Part shown: piece by piece, positions 49,037 to 58,678 of the stretch
Numbering within the stretch: the first letter of the stretch is position 1
Layout: every line of letters starts with the position of its first letter
Assembly (NCBI GenBank): GCA_963770565.1
Contig: CAVYQE010000011.1
Span: 544,001 to 608,000 of the forward strand
DNA: 64,000 bases
Origin: an uncultured Actinomycetota bacterium
GTDB lineage: Bacteria; Actinomycetota; Actinomycetes; JAFAQI01
Direction of reading: 5' to 3'
The notes under the pieces: model-generated
Told to the model about the DNA's origin: nothing
Seen by the model: only the letters and a program-made list of their open reading frames with translations
The model's database searches: none
Position numbers and translations under genes: made by a program

Positions 49037-51976
49037 GTGACGGTGCCGGAGCGGTCGGAGGCGCTGCCGGTCCGGCTCGCTCGTACCGGCTTCGGGGACG
49101 GTGACTGGGCGCACCTGCGGCTCGCCGATCTGGGTCTGACCGAAGCGCCAGCCGATGCGGCGGTGATCGAGGCGCTGGGCCGGGCCGCCGATCCCGACTT
49201 GGCGCTCGCGACGCTGTGCCGCTTGGCAGAGGCGATGAGCCCGGCCGAGCGGGCCGATTTCCTGGCCGCGATCCGGGCTCGGGAAGGTCTGCGGGTCCGG
49301 CTGTTCGCCGTGCTCGGGGCGAGTGCTGCGCTCGGTCAGTCGCTGGTTCGCCGGCCGCAGGACTGGCGTGCTCTTGCCGAGGACTCGATGGCGCACATGC
49401 GGCCCACGCTGCTGGGGATGCAACGCGCCCTGCTCGACGCGGTCGGTGGTGCTCTCGGGCGCGAGGGCTATGACGCGTTGCGTGTCTCCTATCGGCGGCT
49501 GTTGCTCGGGCTCGCCGCCCGCGACCTGGCCGGCGACGTGGTGGTCGACGACGTCGCCGCGGAGCTGGCCGACCTGGCCGAGGCCACGCTCGGTGCCGCC
49601 CTCGAGCTGGCCCGCGCCGAGGCACCGTTGGAGCGCGACGGCCGGCTCGCGGTCATCGGCATGGGCAAGTGCGGCGGGCGTGAGCTCAACTACGTCAGCG
49701 ACGTCGATGTCATCTTCGTGGCCGAGCCGGCCGACCAGGCCGCCGCGGCACTCGCAGCCGGTCTGATCCGGGCCTGCTCGGAAGTCACCGCGGAGGGTGC
49801 GATCTGGCCGCTCGATACGGCGCTCCGTCCGGAGGGCAAGGCCGGCCCATTGGTCCGGACCTTGGCCAGCCACGAGGGCTACTACGAGCGCTGGGCGAAG
49901 ACCTGGGAGTTCCAGGCGCTGCTGAAGGCCCGGCCGGTGGCGGGCGACGGTGCGCTCGGGCGCGCCTACATCGACACGGTCGCGCCTCTGGTATGGGCCG
50001 CGGCCGGGCGGCCGAGCTTCGTCGCGGACATCCAGGCGATGCGACGTCGGGTGGTCGACACGCTGCCACCCGACGACGTCGAGCGTGAGGTGAAGCTGGG
50101 CCCGGGCGGGCTGCGTGACGTGGAGTTCGCCGTCCAGTTGCTCCAGCTCGTGCACGGGCGCACTGACCCGTCGTTGCGCAGCTCGACGACGCTCGTTGCC
50201 CTGCAGGCGCTGTCCGACGGCGGCTACGTCGGTCGCGACGACGCGGCCCGGCTGGCCGCGGCGTACCGGTTCCTTCGGACCGTCGAGCACCGCCTGCAGT
50301 TGCAGCACCTGCGGCGTACCCACCTGCTCCCGACCAGCGAAGCCGGGCTGCGCTGGCTGGCCCGGGCGATGAACTTCCGTGACACCGCCGAATGGCGCCA
50401 CGAGTACGACGGTCATGTGCGCGAGGTCCGCCGGCTGCACGAGAAGTTGTTCTACCGGCCGCTGCTCGACGCGGTCGCGCGGCTGCCGGTCCAGGACTCG
50501 AGCCTGACGCCCGAGGCGGCCCGCGAGCGGCTCGAGGCGCTCGGCTTCTCCGATCCGGCCGCGGCGCTCCGCCACCTCGAGGCGCTGACGTCGGGCGTGA
50601 GTCGCAGTGCGGCGATCCAGCGGACGTTGCTGCCCGCGATGCTCGGCTGGTTCGCCGATGCGGCGGACCCCGACGCCGGCCTGCTGTCGTTCCGGCAGGT
50701 CAGCGACGCACTCGGCAGCACTCCCTGGTATCTGCGGGTGCTGCGCGACGAAGGCGTGACCGCGCAACGGCTGGCTCGACTGCTCGCCACCAGCCGCTAC
50801 GTCGCCGACCTGCTGGCCAGGGCCCCCGAAGCGGTGGCCTTGCTGGCCGACGACGCCGAGCTCCGGCCCCGCGGGCGCGCGGTCCTGGGCGGCGAGATGC
50901 TCGCGGTTGCCCGCCGCAACGACGACTGGGACGGTGCCGCCGCGGCGGCCCGCTCGCTGCACCGCCGGGAGCTGCTCCGGATCGCCTGCGGCGACCTGCT
51001 CGGCCTACTCGACGTCGCCACGGTCGGGCAGGCGTTGTCCGACGCGGCGGCGGCGACGCTGAGCGCGGCGCTGGAGTCCGCCCAGCGCAAGGTCGAGTCC
51101 GACCGCAACGGCGCGCTGCCGCTGCGGCTGGCGGTGATCGGCATGGGCCGGTTGGGCGGCTTCGAGCAGGGGTACGGAAGTGATGCGGACGTGTTGTTCG
51201 TGTTCGAGTGGCTCGAGGACGACGAGCGCGCCTCGACGACCGCCGCCCACGAGATCGCCCAGGAACTGCGCCGATTGTTGTCCATGCCCGCACCCGACCC
51301 GCCCCTGCTGGTCGATGCCGACCTGCGGCCCGAGGGTCGTCAGGGGCCGCTCGTGCGCAGCCTCGACTCCTATGCCGAGTACTACCGCCGGTGGTCGGTG
51401 CCATGGGAGAGCCAGGCGCTGCTACGGGCCAGCCCGATCGCGGGCGACGTCGACCTCGGCGGCCGGTTCGTCGACATGATCGCGGCGTTCCGCTATCCGC
51501 CCGGCGGGATCGACGACCACGCCCAGCGCGAGATCCGCCGGCTCAAGGCGCGGATGGAGGCCGAGCGGTTGCCGCGCGGGGTGGACCCCGCCATGCACAT
51601 CAAGCTCGGGCGTGGTGGGCTGGCAGATGTGGAGTGGACCGTCCAGCTCTTGCAGCTGCAGTACGCCGGGCAGGTGCCGTCGTTGCGGACGACCTCGACG
51701 ATTCAGGCGCTGGCGGCTGCGCGGGGCGAGGGCCTGCTGGGCGATTCCGATGAACGCGCCCTGCGCGAGGCGTGGCTGATCGCGACCCGGGTGCGCAACG
51801 CGATCATGCTGGCCCAGGGCCGGTCCTCCGACGTCGTGCCGTCGGACGCCCGATCGCTGGCCGCGGTCGCTCGGGCGATGGGTTATCGCGCCGGGCACAC
51901 CGGCGATCTGCGTGAGGACTACCAGCGCGCGACCCGACGAGCCCGACGAGTGCACGAGCGGTTGTTCGCTTCGTGA
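49037..51976 (+). CDS. glnE: Glutamine synthetase adenylyltransferase / adenylyl-removing enzyme
   Basis: Two NT domains: GMGKCGGRELNYVSDVD and GMGRLGG.EQGYGSDAD; LRPEG; KLGPGGLRDVEF. Confidence 0.96.
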   Translation: MTVPERSEALPVRLARTGFGDGDWAHLRLADLGLTEAPADAAVIEALGRAADPDLALATLCRLAEAMSPAERADFLAAIRAREGLRVRLFAVLGASAALGQSLVRRPQDWRALAEDSMAHMRPTLLGMQRALLDAVGGALGREGYDALRVSYRRLLLGLAARDLAGDVVVDDVAAELADLAEATLGAALELARAEAPLERDGRLAVIGMGKCGGRELNYVSDVDVIFVAEPADQAAAALAAGLIRACSEVTAEGAIWPLDTALRPEGKAGPLVRTLASHEGYYERWAKTWEFQALLKARPVAGDGALGRAYIDTVAPLVWAAAGRPSFVADIQAMRRRVVDTLPPDDVEREVKLGPGGLRDVEFAVQLLQLVHGRTDPSLRSSTTLVALQALSDGGYVGRDDAARLAAAYRFLRTVEHRLQLQHLRRTHLLPTSEAGLRWLARAMNFRDTAEWRHEYDGHVREVRRLHEKLFYRPLLDAVARLPVQDSSLTPEAARERLEALGFSDPAAALRHLEALTSGVSRSAAIQRTLLPAMLGWFADAADPDAGLLSFRQVSDALGSTPWYLRVLRDEGVTAQRLARLLATSRYVADLLARAPEAVALLADDAELRPRGRAVLGGEMLAVARRNDDWDGAAAAARSLHRRELLRIACGDLLGLLDVATVGQALSDAAAATLSAALESAQRKVESDRNGALPLRLAVIGMGRLGGFEQGYGSDADVLFVFEWLEDDERASTTAAHEIAQELRRLLSMPAPDPPLLVDADLRPEGRQGPLVRSLDSYAEYYRRWSVPWESQALLRASPIAGDVDLGGRFVDMIAAFRYPPGGIDDHAQREIRRLKARMEAERLPRGVDPAMHIKLGRGGLADVEWTVQLLQLQYAGQVPSLRTTSTIQALAAARGEGLLGDSDERALREAWLIATRVRNAIMLAQGRSSDVVPSDARSLAAVARAMGYRAGHTGDLREDYQRATRRARRVHERLFAS

Positions 51977-53496
51977 GGGTCGACCGGGCCCGGCTCGCCG
52001 ACTGGTCGCCGTACTTCGTTGCGGTGGCGATCGCCGCCGTCTACGTCTGCTTCGCGCCGCACACCGCCGACCTTGCCGGGCAGACCGCGCGTGAGGAACT
52101 GTTCCGTCGAAGCGGCTTCGTGGCCTTCTGGTCCGGCTGGTACGCGGGGGTGCCGAGCGCTGAGTACAGCCTGATCACGCCACCGTTGCTCGGGTTGTTC
52201 GGCGCGGTCTGGCTCGGTGCCCTTTCGATCGTCGCGACCGCGCTGGTCGTCGTGCCGATGCTGCGCACCACGGTCCGGCCGCGGTTGGGCGCGATCGCGT
52301 TCGTCGTCGCGGCTTCACTCGACGTCGCGTCGGGGCGGACGACGTTTGCCGTCGGCGCCGCCGTGGCGCTGGCCGCGATCCTTGCGGTCGAACGGCGATC
52401 GGTCCCGCTGACCGTTTCGTTGGCCGCCCTTGCCACCGCCGCGAGCCCGGTCGCCGGCTTCTTGTTGTTGGTGGCCGCAGCGACGTTGCTGCTCGCGGAC
52501 CGGTCGCGTCGGCAGGTCGCGATCGGCCTCGTAGCCGGCGGGGCCGTCATGCTCGGGGTCGTGGCGCTGCTCTCCCGCGGCACCGTCGGATATGAGCCGT
52601 TCTCCCGGGTGTCGCTGCTGATGGCGGTCGCGACCACGGCGGTGGTCGGACTTGCTCCGGTCGGTCGCCGGCTCCGGGTCGCGGCCGCCGTGACGATCGT
52701 CATGCTGACGGGGGTCTACTTCGTGCACTCGCCGGTCGGTGCCAACGCGACCCGGATCGCGGTGCTGGCCGCTGCGCCGACCTTGATCGCCGCCGCGAAG
52801 GTGTCTCAGCGAATGGTCCTGGTGGCGGCTGGGGTGCTTGCCGGGTTGCTGCCGCTCGCGCAGTTCCACAACGACCTGCGCGCCTTGACCGCCGACGACA
52901 GCTCGCGGGCGTTCGTTGCCCCGTTGCTGGCCCAGCTGTCGACCGATCCGCTGGTCAAGAACCACCGGGTCGAGCTGGTCGACACCGCAACCCACTGGCC
53001 GTCGACCTACCTGCTGCCGAAGGTCGAGCTGGCCCGGGGCTGGGAACGTCAGGTGGACGAGTCGCGAAACCCGATGTTCTACGGTCGCGGGCCGCTGACC
53101 GCCCGCACCTACCGCGAGTTCCTCGACCGGAACGCGGTCGGGGCGATCGCGGTCGCAACCGGCGTACCGCTGGACTACGGCGTCACGCGCGAGGCTGCAC
53201 TGCTGAAGACCGGCCTGCCGTACCTGCAGCTGGTCTGGAGCGACCAGCACTGGCGGCTCTACACCGTCGATCGGCCGACCCCGATCGTCGCCGCTCCGGC
53301 CCGGGTCCTTCGCCTCACCGACACCGGGATGACGATCAAGGTGCCGGCCGCGGGCAACTACTTACTGCGGATGCAGTGGTCGCCGTACCTCGCAGTGACC
53401 GGCGGCCAGCTGAAGGAGACCGCGAACAACCAGGTCGAGCTAAGGCTCACCAGCGGCGGGACCCACGAACTGCACGCCATCTGGCGCCTGCTGTAG
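51973..53496 (+). CDS. Polytopic membrane protein (possible GT-C-like)
   Basis: DLAGQ...WSGWYAG; many TMs; LARGWERQ; GTGA overlap with glnE. Confidence 0.75.
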   Translation: MRVDRARLADWSPYFVAVAIAAVYVCFAPHTADLAGQTAREELFRRSGFVAFWSGWYAGVPSAEYSLITPPLLGLFGAVWLGALSIVATALVVVPMLRTTVRPRLGAIAFVVAASLDVASGRTTFAVGAAVALAAILAVERRSVPLTVSLAALATAASPVAGFLLLVAAATLLLADRSRRQVAIGLVAGGAVMLGVVALLSRGTVGYEPFSRVSLLMAVATTAVVGLAPVGRRLRVAAAVTIVMLTGVYFVHSPVGANATRIAVLAAAPTLIAAAKVSQRMVLVAAGVLAGLLPLAQFHNDLRALTADDSSRAFVAPLLAQLSTDPLVKNHRVELVDTATHWPSTYLLPKVELARGWERQVDESRNPMFYGRGPLTARTYREFLDRNAVGAIAVATGVPLDYGVTREAALLKTGLPYLQLVWSDQHWRLYTVDRPTPIVAAPARVLRLTDTGMTIKVPAAGNYLLRMQWSPYLAVTGGQLKETANNQVELRLTSGGTHELHAIWRLL

Positions 53497-53502
53497 GCGG
53501 GC

Positions 53503-54309
53503 TCAGACGCGGACCAACTCCGGGGCGAGCTCGGCGTCGGGCAGCACGATCGTCCCGGGCCGGTAGACGGGCCGGCCTGCCAGCATCCGCTGGATCACGA
53601 TCGCCACGCCGAGCGTCACCGCACCGCCGATCGCATCGAGCACGAAGTGGTTGGCGGTGCCGATGATCACGAAGAACGTGGCTAGCGGGTAGAGCGCACC
53701 GAGCACCTTGACCCAGCGGCGTTCGGCGAGGGCGACGATCGCGAAAGCGCACCACAGCGACCAGCCGATGTGCAGCGACGGCATCGCGGCGAACTGGTTG
53801 GACTCCTTCGCCAGGCCCGGCGAGGCGAGCGAGCCCCAGGTGTGCAGCTTCACCACGGTGTCGACGTACCCCGCCAGCATCCGAGGCGGCGCGACGGCGA
53901 TCAGCCAGAAGCCGATCAGCGCGACCAGGTTGGTCAGGATCAGCACCGAGCGAATCGATCGATAGCGCAGCGGGTGCTTGACGTAGAGCCAGACCAGTAC
54001 GCCGATCGTCACGACGAAGTGCAGCGTCGAGTAGTAGTAGTTGCAGATGTAGGCGAGCCAGTCGTGGCTCGCGACGAAGTGGTTCAAGGAGCGCTCGACG
54101 TCGATGTGCAGCCGGGCCTCGATGGACAGCACCGTCCGCGCGCGGTTGAACGCGCCCGCATCACCGGTGGGGACCGCGTTGCGGACGAGTGAGTAGAGGT
54201 AGTAGACGATCCCGATAAAGGCGATCTCCTGCCACCAGCGCGGCGGTCGAACCGAGCGGACCCGCGCCGGCAGCCAGGCAAAGCCGCGCTTGGCACGATC
54301 CACGCTCAC
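53503..54309 (-). CDS. PAP2 superfamily (Aur1/IPC synthase-like) membrane protein
   Basis: APPRM, AAMPSLHIGWS, GTANHFVLD motifs. Confidence 0.9.
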   Translation of the reverse strand: MSVDRAKRGFAWLPARVRSVRPPRWWQEIAFIGIVYYLYSLVRNAVPTGDAGAFNRARTVLSIEARLHIDVERSLNHFVASHDWLAYICNYYYSTLHFVVTIGVLVWLYVKHPLRYRSIRSVLILTNLVALIGFWLIAVAPPRMLAGYVDTVVKLHTWGSLASPGLAKESNQFAAMPSLHIGWSLWCAFAIVALAERRWVKVLGALYPLATFFVIIGTANHFVLDAIGGAVTLGVAIVIQRMLAGRPVYRPGTIVLPDAELAPELVRV

Positions 54310-54437
54310 GCCGCCACTCCCTGCGCTCGATCGGATTCGTGCCACGCCTCGTCGATTCTGCCAGATCGCGGGCGGTTGGAACCGGCCCCGCGCGCGGCGC
54401 GTCCAAATCATCGGACGAGTGGGAGGGTGATCCGGAC

Positions 54438-55697
54438 ATGAGGAAGGTCAGCCGCAGCGTGGCTGCCGGTGTATCGCTTGCGGTCGTAGCTGGCCTGGCC
54501 GGCTGCGGCGGGTCGGCGAGTTCGGGCGGGTCGGCAGGCCCGCGGGTCGCCGGCAACGCGATCCTGGTCGGCCAGGTCGAGCCGCTCCATCCGGGGTCAT
54601 TGACCGCGCGCCAGGTCGCCGCGGACGACACCGCATTCGGGTTCGCCCTGTTCCACCAGCTGTGCACGGCCGCGCCGACGGCCAACCTGACCATCTCGCC
54701 GGCGAGCGCGGCCCAGGCGCTCGGCATGCTCGACGCCGGCTCGGTGGGCGGCACTCAGGCCGCCGTCAGCCGGCTGCTGCGCCTGCCTAGCTGGAGTCCG
54801 GCGGTAGTGGCTGCCCTGCACGCCCAGACCGCGGCGCTCAAGACCGTCTCACAGGTGACCGTGACCAACCACGTCTTCGAGCAGACCGGTCTGGCGCCGA
54901 CCAAGAACGCCCTCGATGACCTGCAGACCGCGTACGCCGCCGACCTGCGGCAGCTCGATTTCGCCTCGGAACCGGGGGCCACTGACACGATCAACTCGGT
55001 GATCAGCCACGACACCGACGGGTTGATCCCGTCGTTGTTCGGTCAACCGCTCGACCCGAGCACCAGGACGGTGCTCGCCAACGCGATCCTGCTCGACGCG
55101 AAGTGGCAGCAGCCGTTCCCCACCTCGGCGTCCGGGACATTCCACTCCGCGAGTGGCACGACCGTGACGACGCCGATGATGTCCAATGAGAACGGCTCAT
55201 TCGCTAGCCGGACGGCGGATGGCTGGCAGTCGGTCGTCCTGCCCTACGTCGGCGACCTGCAGGCGGTGGCCATCCTGCCGCCGGCCGCCACGGATCAGAG
55301 CTCCGCAGCCGGGTGCGCAACGCCGAGTGCGCCGACCGTGGCGGCGTTGACGACCGGGAGCGCCCAGAACGTCGAGGCGGTTCTGCCCAAGCTGAACCTC
55401 TCTCAGACCCTGCCGCTGACCAGCACGCTCGGGTCGATGGGCTTGCCGCTGTCGGGCGACTACTCCGGCCTCGGCGCGGGTGACAGCCAGATCTCCGAGG
55501 TGGTCCAGAAGGTCGTCATGAAAGTCGACCAGCGTGGCACGAAGGCAGCCGCGGCAACGGGCATCGCGGTGACGTCATCGGCCCGGGTCGGCGGAACGGT
55601 CGTGACCTTCGACCGGCCGTTCCTGTTGCTGCTCGAGGACCGTACGACGAACACCCCGCTGTTCCTCGCCCGCGTCGCGGACCCGACCCAGCAATAG
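54438..55697 (+). CDS. Serpin family lipoprotein
   Basis: Lipobox LAGC; ISPAS, LANAILLDAKW..PF, hinge GTKAAAAT, FDRPFL. Confidence 0.92.
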   Translation: MRKVSRSVAAGVSLAVVAGLAGCGGSASSGGSAGPRVAGNAILVGQVEPLHPGSLTARQVAADDTAFGFALFHQLCTAAPTANLTISPASAAQALGMLDAGSVGGTQAAVSRLLRLPSWSPAVVAALHAQTAALKTVSQVTVTNHVFEQTGLAPTKNALDDLQTAYAADLRQLDFASEPGATDTINSVISHDTDGLIPSLFGQPLDPSTRTVLANAILLDAKWQQPFPTSASGTFHSASGTTVTTPMMSNENGSFASRTADGWQSVVLPYVGDLQAVAILPPAATDQSSAAGCATPSAPTVAALTTGSAQNVEAVLPKLNLSQTLPLTSTLGSMGLPLSGDYSGLGAGDSQISEVVQKVVMKVDQRGTKAAAATGIAVTSSARVGGTVVTFDRPFLLLLEDRTTNTPLFLARVADPTQQ

Positions 55698-55756
55698 CCC
55701 CACCAATGGGCCATGCGTGGGGCTATGACCCCACCAATGGGCCATGCGTGGGGCTA
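55695..55756. repeat. Family B REP-like repeat (two units) between convergent genes
   Basis: TAGCCCCACCAATGGGCCATGCGTGGGGCTATGACCCCACCAATGGGCCATGCGTGGGGCTA; unit differs from the 39258 unit by one base. Confidence 0.9.
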
Positions 55757-57538
55757 GCGGCGGACCCGAGCCGGTACCCGACGTAGCCGGCGCCAGCCGG
55801 CCGCCGCGACCACCGCGATCGCCAACAGTCCGCCGTACGGCCAGGGCAGGCCGAGCCCGCCTTCCAGCCGACGCGACTGGTAGGGCCGCGACTGGTAGGG
55901 CTTCGTGTGCGACGACGCGCACCATGGGTTGGCCGGCACGCCCGCGCACGGGTTGGGCATCGTGCGCTGTTTGGGAAGCGGCTTGAGCCTGACCTTGGTG
56001 GTCTTGGGGTAGTGCGCGACCACGCCGCTCGGGCAGTCGATGAGCAGACCGCTTGCGCAGCTGGCCTGCTCGGCGAGGGTGAAGGTCGGTCCGGACCCCG
56101 GGTAGATCGCCTTGCCGCAGGCGCCTTCGTACTTCTGCAGGTGGTGCGGCCAGGTGCTCAGACCCGCGCTGTCGGTGTTGTGGGCGAAGCAGTTGCCCGG
56201 CTCGTGCGGCCGGTTTGCCGGGTCGAGAGCCAGGTTGGCGATGTCGCCGTTGGTCACGTTCCCGTAGCCGCCGTTGTGGCTGAAGGTGTTGTCCTTCACG
56301 ATGTTTGCGGTTGTGTAGAACAGGCACTTCACCGGGATTCCGAGGATGTTGCCGTTCGCCACGCCGCCGTGGCAGTTGCCCGGTGAGTGGGCGGCCGTGT
56401 GACCGGTGTCCGGGAAGATCGTGGTCAGGACGCCCCACGACTTGTTGTCCGTGATCCGGTTCTTGTACAGCGTGATGTTGTGCGTCCCCGCCAGCACGAT
56501 CCCGGTGCCGACCGGCCCGAACCCGGCCGTTCCGGCGTACGGCACGTTGGGGTTGTTGTTGTCGTGTACGTAGTTGTGCCGCCAGATCTCGCATGACGTG
56601 GTGCCGAGCGGCCCCGTCACGCCCTTCCGGCAGCTGCCGAGCTGGGGTGGCGGCGGGTCGCCGCTGTTCATGCTGTTGGAGACCATGCCGGCCTTGTTCT
56701 GGTCCCACTCGGTGTTCTCGATGATGAAGCTGCCGCCGGAGTTGGTCGCGGACAGGCCGAGTGCCGAGTTCTCCGCGTGGCCGTGGTTGATGATCGCGTG
56801 GCAGTTGCGGCAGGCGCCGATGTAGTAGGCGGAGTCGTTGAAGTTGCTCGAGTAGGTGTGATTCATCTCGCCCGGGCCACGTGAGTTGCTGACGAACAGG
56901 CCGTACTGAGCGGCGCTGTCCGGGTGCTTCGGGTTGAAGAACGTCGTCGTGGCGGTCAGGTAGTTGCCGTACCACGAGCCGAGCCCGATCTTGCCGCCGT
57001 CGTCACCGCCGTTCCACCAGATCTCGTTGCCGGTGTCGGCGCTTCCGGTCAGGAAGTTGCAGACCGTGAAGTTCTCGAAGTAGACCCCGCTCGCGCCCAG
57101 CGCCTCCGGGCCATTGCGGCCCTGGGCGACGCCGTGGACCTTCTGTCCGTGATCCTGCGCCTGCTTGCTCTTCGAGCACGGCTTCGAGCCGACCTTGGTG
57201 CCGTCGATGATCACCTTGTTGCGGTTCATCCCACGGATGTGGACCTGCGGTGTCGTAACCAGCATCGCCGACGGGAACGGCGTCCCCGACTGTGCCTTCG
57301 ACTTGTCCATCTGCGGGTGCCAGTCACCCGGGCCGATCAACAGCCAGTCGCCCGGCTTGAGGGCAGCGATCGCCGCATCGATGGTCGGCTCGTTGCCCGC
57401 GATGCCGTGCCAGGTGCCGACTCGAAGGACCTGAGGGGTGGCGGCGCTGCTGCCGGCGACCCCGACCGAGGAGGAGGCGAGCAGCGTGAACGCCGCGATG
57501 CCGACGACGAGGTGGGTGACTCTAGGTGGGCGCATCAC
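55754..57538 (-). CDS. Secreted right-handed beta-helix protein with C-terminal membrane anchor
   Basis: Signal peptide; IDAAI..LKPGD.LLIGPG; Asn/Gly-rich repeats; several Cys pairs; C-terminal TM plus Arg-rich tail. Confidence 0.8.
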   Translation of the reverse strand: MMRPPRVTHLVVGIAAFTLLASSSVGVAGSSAATPQVLRVGTWHGIAGNEPTIDAAIAALKPGDWLLIGPGDWHPQMDKSKAQSGTPFPSAMLVTTPQVHIRGMNRNKVIIDGTKVGSKPCSKSKQAQDHGQKVHGVAQGRNGPEALGASGVYFENFTVCNFLTGSADTGNEIWWNGGDDGGKIGLGSWYGNYLTATTTFFNPKHPDSAAQYGLFVSNSRGPGEMNHTYSSNFNDSAYYIGACRNCHAIINHGHAENSALGLSATNSGGSFIIENTEWDQNKAGMVSNSMNSGDPPPPQLGSCRKGVTGPLGTTSCEIWRHNYVHDNNNPNVPYAGTAGFGPVGTGIVLAGTHNITLYKNRITDNKSWGVLTTIFPDTGHTAAHSPGNCHGGVANGNILGIPVKCLFYTTANIVKDNTFSHNGGYGNVTNGDIANLALDPANRPHEPGNCFAHNTDSAGLSTWPHHLQKYEGACGKAIYPGSGPTFTLAEQASCASGLLIDCPSGVVAHYPKTTKVRLKPLPKQRTMPNPCAGVPANPWCASSHTKPYQSRPYQSRRLEGGLGLPWPYGGLLAIAVVAAAGWRRLRRVPARVRR

Positions 57539-57584
57539 CCGGGCACCATACGACCCTTGCCCGGCCTTGGCGAGCGGTCGCCGG

Positions 57585-58535
57585 TTACTCCGGGCGGTCG
57601 ACCTGCAGGCGGATCGTCGTGCCCGCCGCGGTGGACCGCAGCTGGACCAGGTCGCACAGCTCGTTCGCCATCCACAGACCGCGGCCGTGGTCGGCTCCGT
57701 CGCTCGGCGGCCGCCGCCCGGCGAGCGGGTCGGCGATGAACCCGGTGTCGCGGATCTCGCAGACCACCGTGTCCGGTGTCGACCACATCCGCAGCGTGCC
57801 GGACCCGGGCGTGTGCACGATGGTGTTGGTGGTGATCTCGTTGACCGCCAGTACCAGGTCTTGACAGCGCCGCGGTGTCAGCCCGCTGGCGAGCGCGAAG
57901 TCCAGCACGCAGCGCCGCAAGCCGGTGACGTCGTCGTCGACCGCCACGATCGATGCACCGTCGGGCGGGTCGGGCAGCGGGTCGGCCTCGGTGTAGAGGC
58001 GAGCCGGGTCGGCGTAGTGCGCGCTGCGACGGTGCCGGGCGGCCTCGATCATGCCCGGATGCGTGCGCCAGGCGTCCGCGATGATGCCAGGAGCGAGGCG
58101 GGTCACGTCGTACGGGCACAGGATGTCGACCGCAACCCGGCGAAACGCCGAGTTGATCATCGCCTCGTGCCGGGTGGCCTCGTGGATCTCGGCCGCCGAG
58201 CGGCCGGCCCAGATCGGCTCGCCGACGAACCGGACCCGGCGGGACGGATGGGCGTCGACGAAGCGGTAAATGGCGGGCATGATCCGGCCCGGGTTGCGCC
58301 CGATCTCACTCATGTCAGCGAACCGGACGTCCCGTCCCTCACCGTCGAGCCGGTCGCGGATCGCGCTGAGGTTCGGCTCCGGCACCGCGACGAAGACCGG
58401 TTGGTCCGCGTGCAGGCCGGCCCGCAGGAAGCCGAGGACGCCGGCCAGGTAGTCGTTGCGGTCACGGTAGAGCAGGCCGTCGTGCGTCAGGGCGGCATCG
58501 CCCGTCGCCTGTTCCTCGAGGACCGCGCTCACCAT
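57585..58535 (-). CDS. MEDS-HATPase anti-sigma regulatory protein (RsbA/PrsR-like)
   Basis: HDGLLY, GRNPGRIMP, VGEPIWAGRS, CPYD; AVNEITTN..H, DTG, GRGLW. Confidence 0.9.
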   Translation of the reverse strand: MVSAVLEEQATGDAALTHDGLLYRDRNDYLAGVLGFLRAGLHADQPVFVAVPEPNLSAIRDRLDGEGRDVRFADMSEIGRNPGRIMPAIYRFVDAHPSRRVRFVGEPIWAGRSAAEIHEATRHEAMINSAFRRVAVDILCPYDVTRLAPGIIADAWRTHPGMIEAARHRRSAHYADPARLYTEADPLPDPPDGASIVAVDDDVTGLRRCVLDFALASGLTPRRCQDLVLAVNEITTNTIVHTPGSGTLRMWSTPDTVVCEIRDTGFIADPLAGRRPPSDGADHGRGLWMANELCDLVQLRSTAAGTTIRLQVDRPE

Positions 58536-58678
58536 CGAAGTGTTCCCGCCGCCTAAACACCGCTTCAAACCCGCTGGCACCGGCGTCGTACCGGATTTGT
58601 CGCCCGCGCCCCACTTCGGCGGCCTGGTCCGCCCCCGGTGGTTCGCATCCGGCCGGTGCGGGTCCGTACCCTGCAGGT

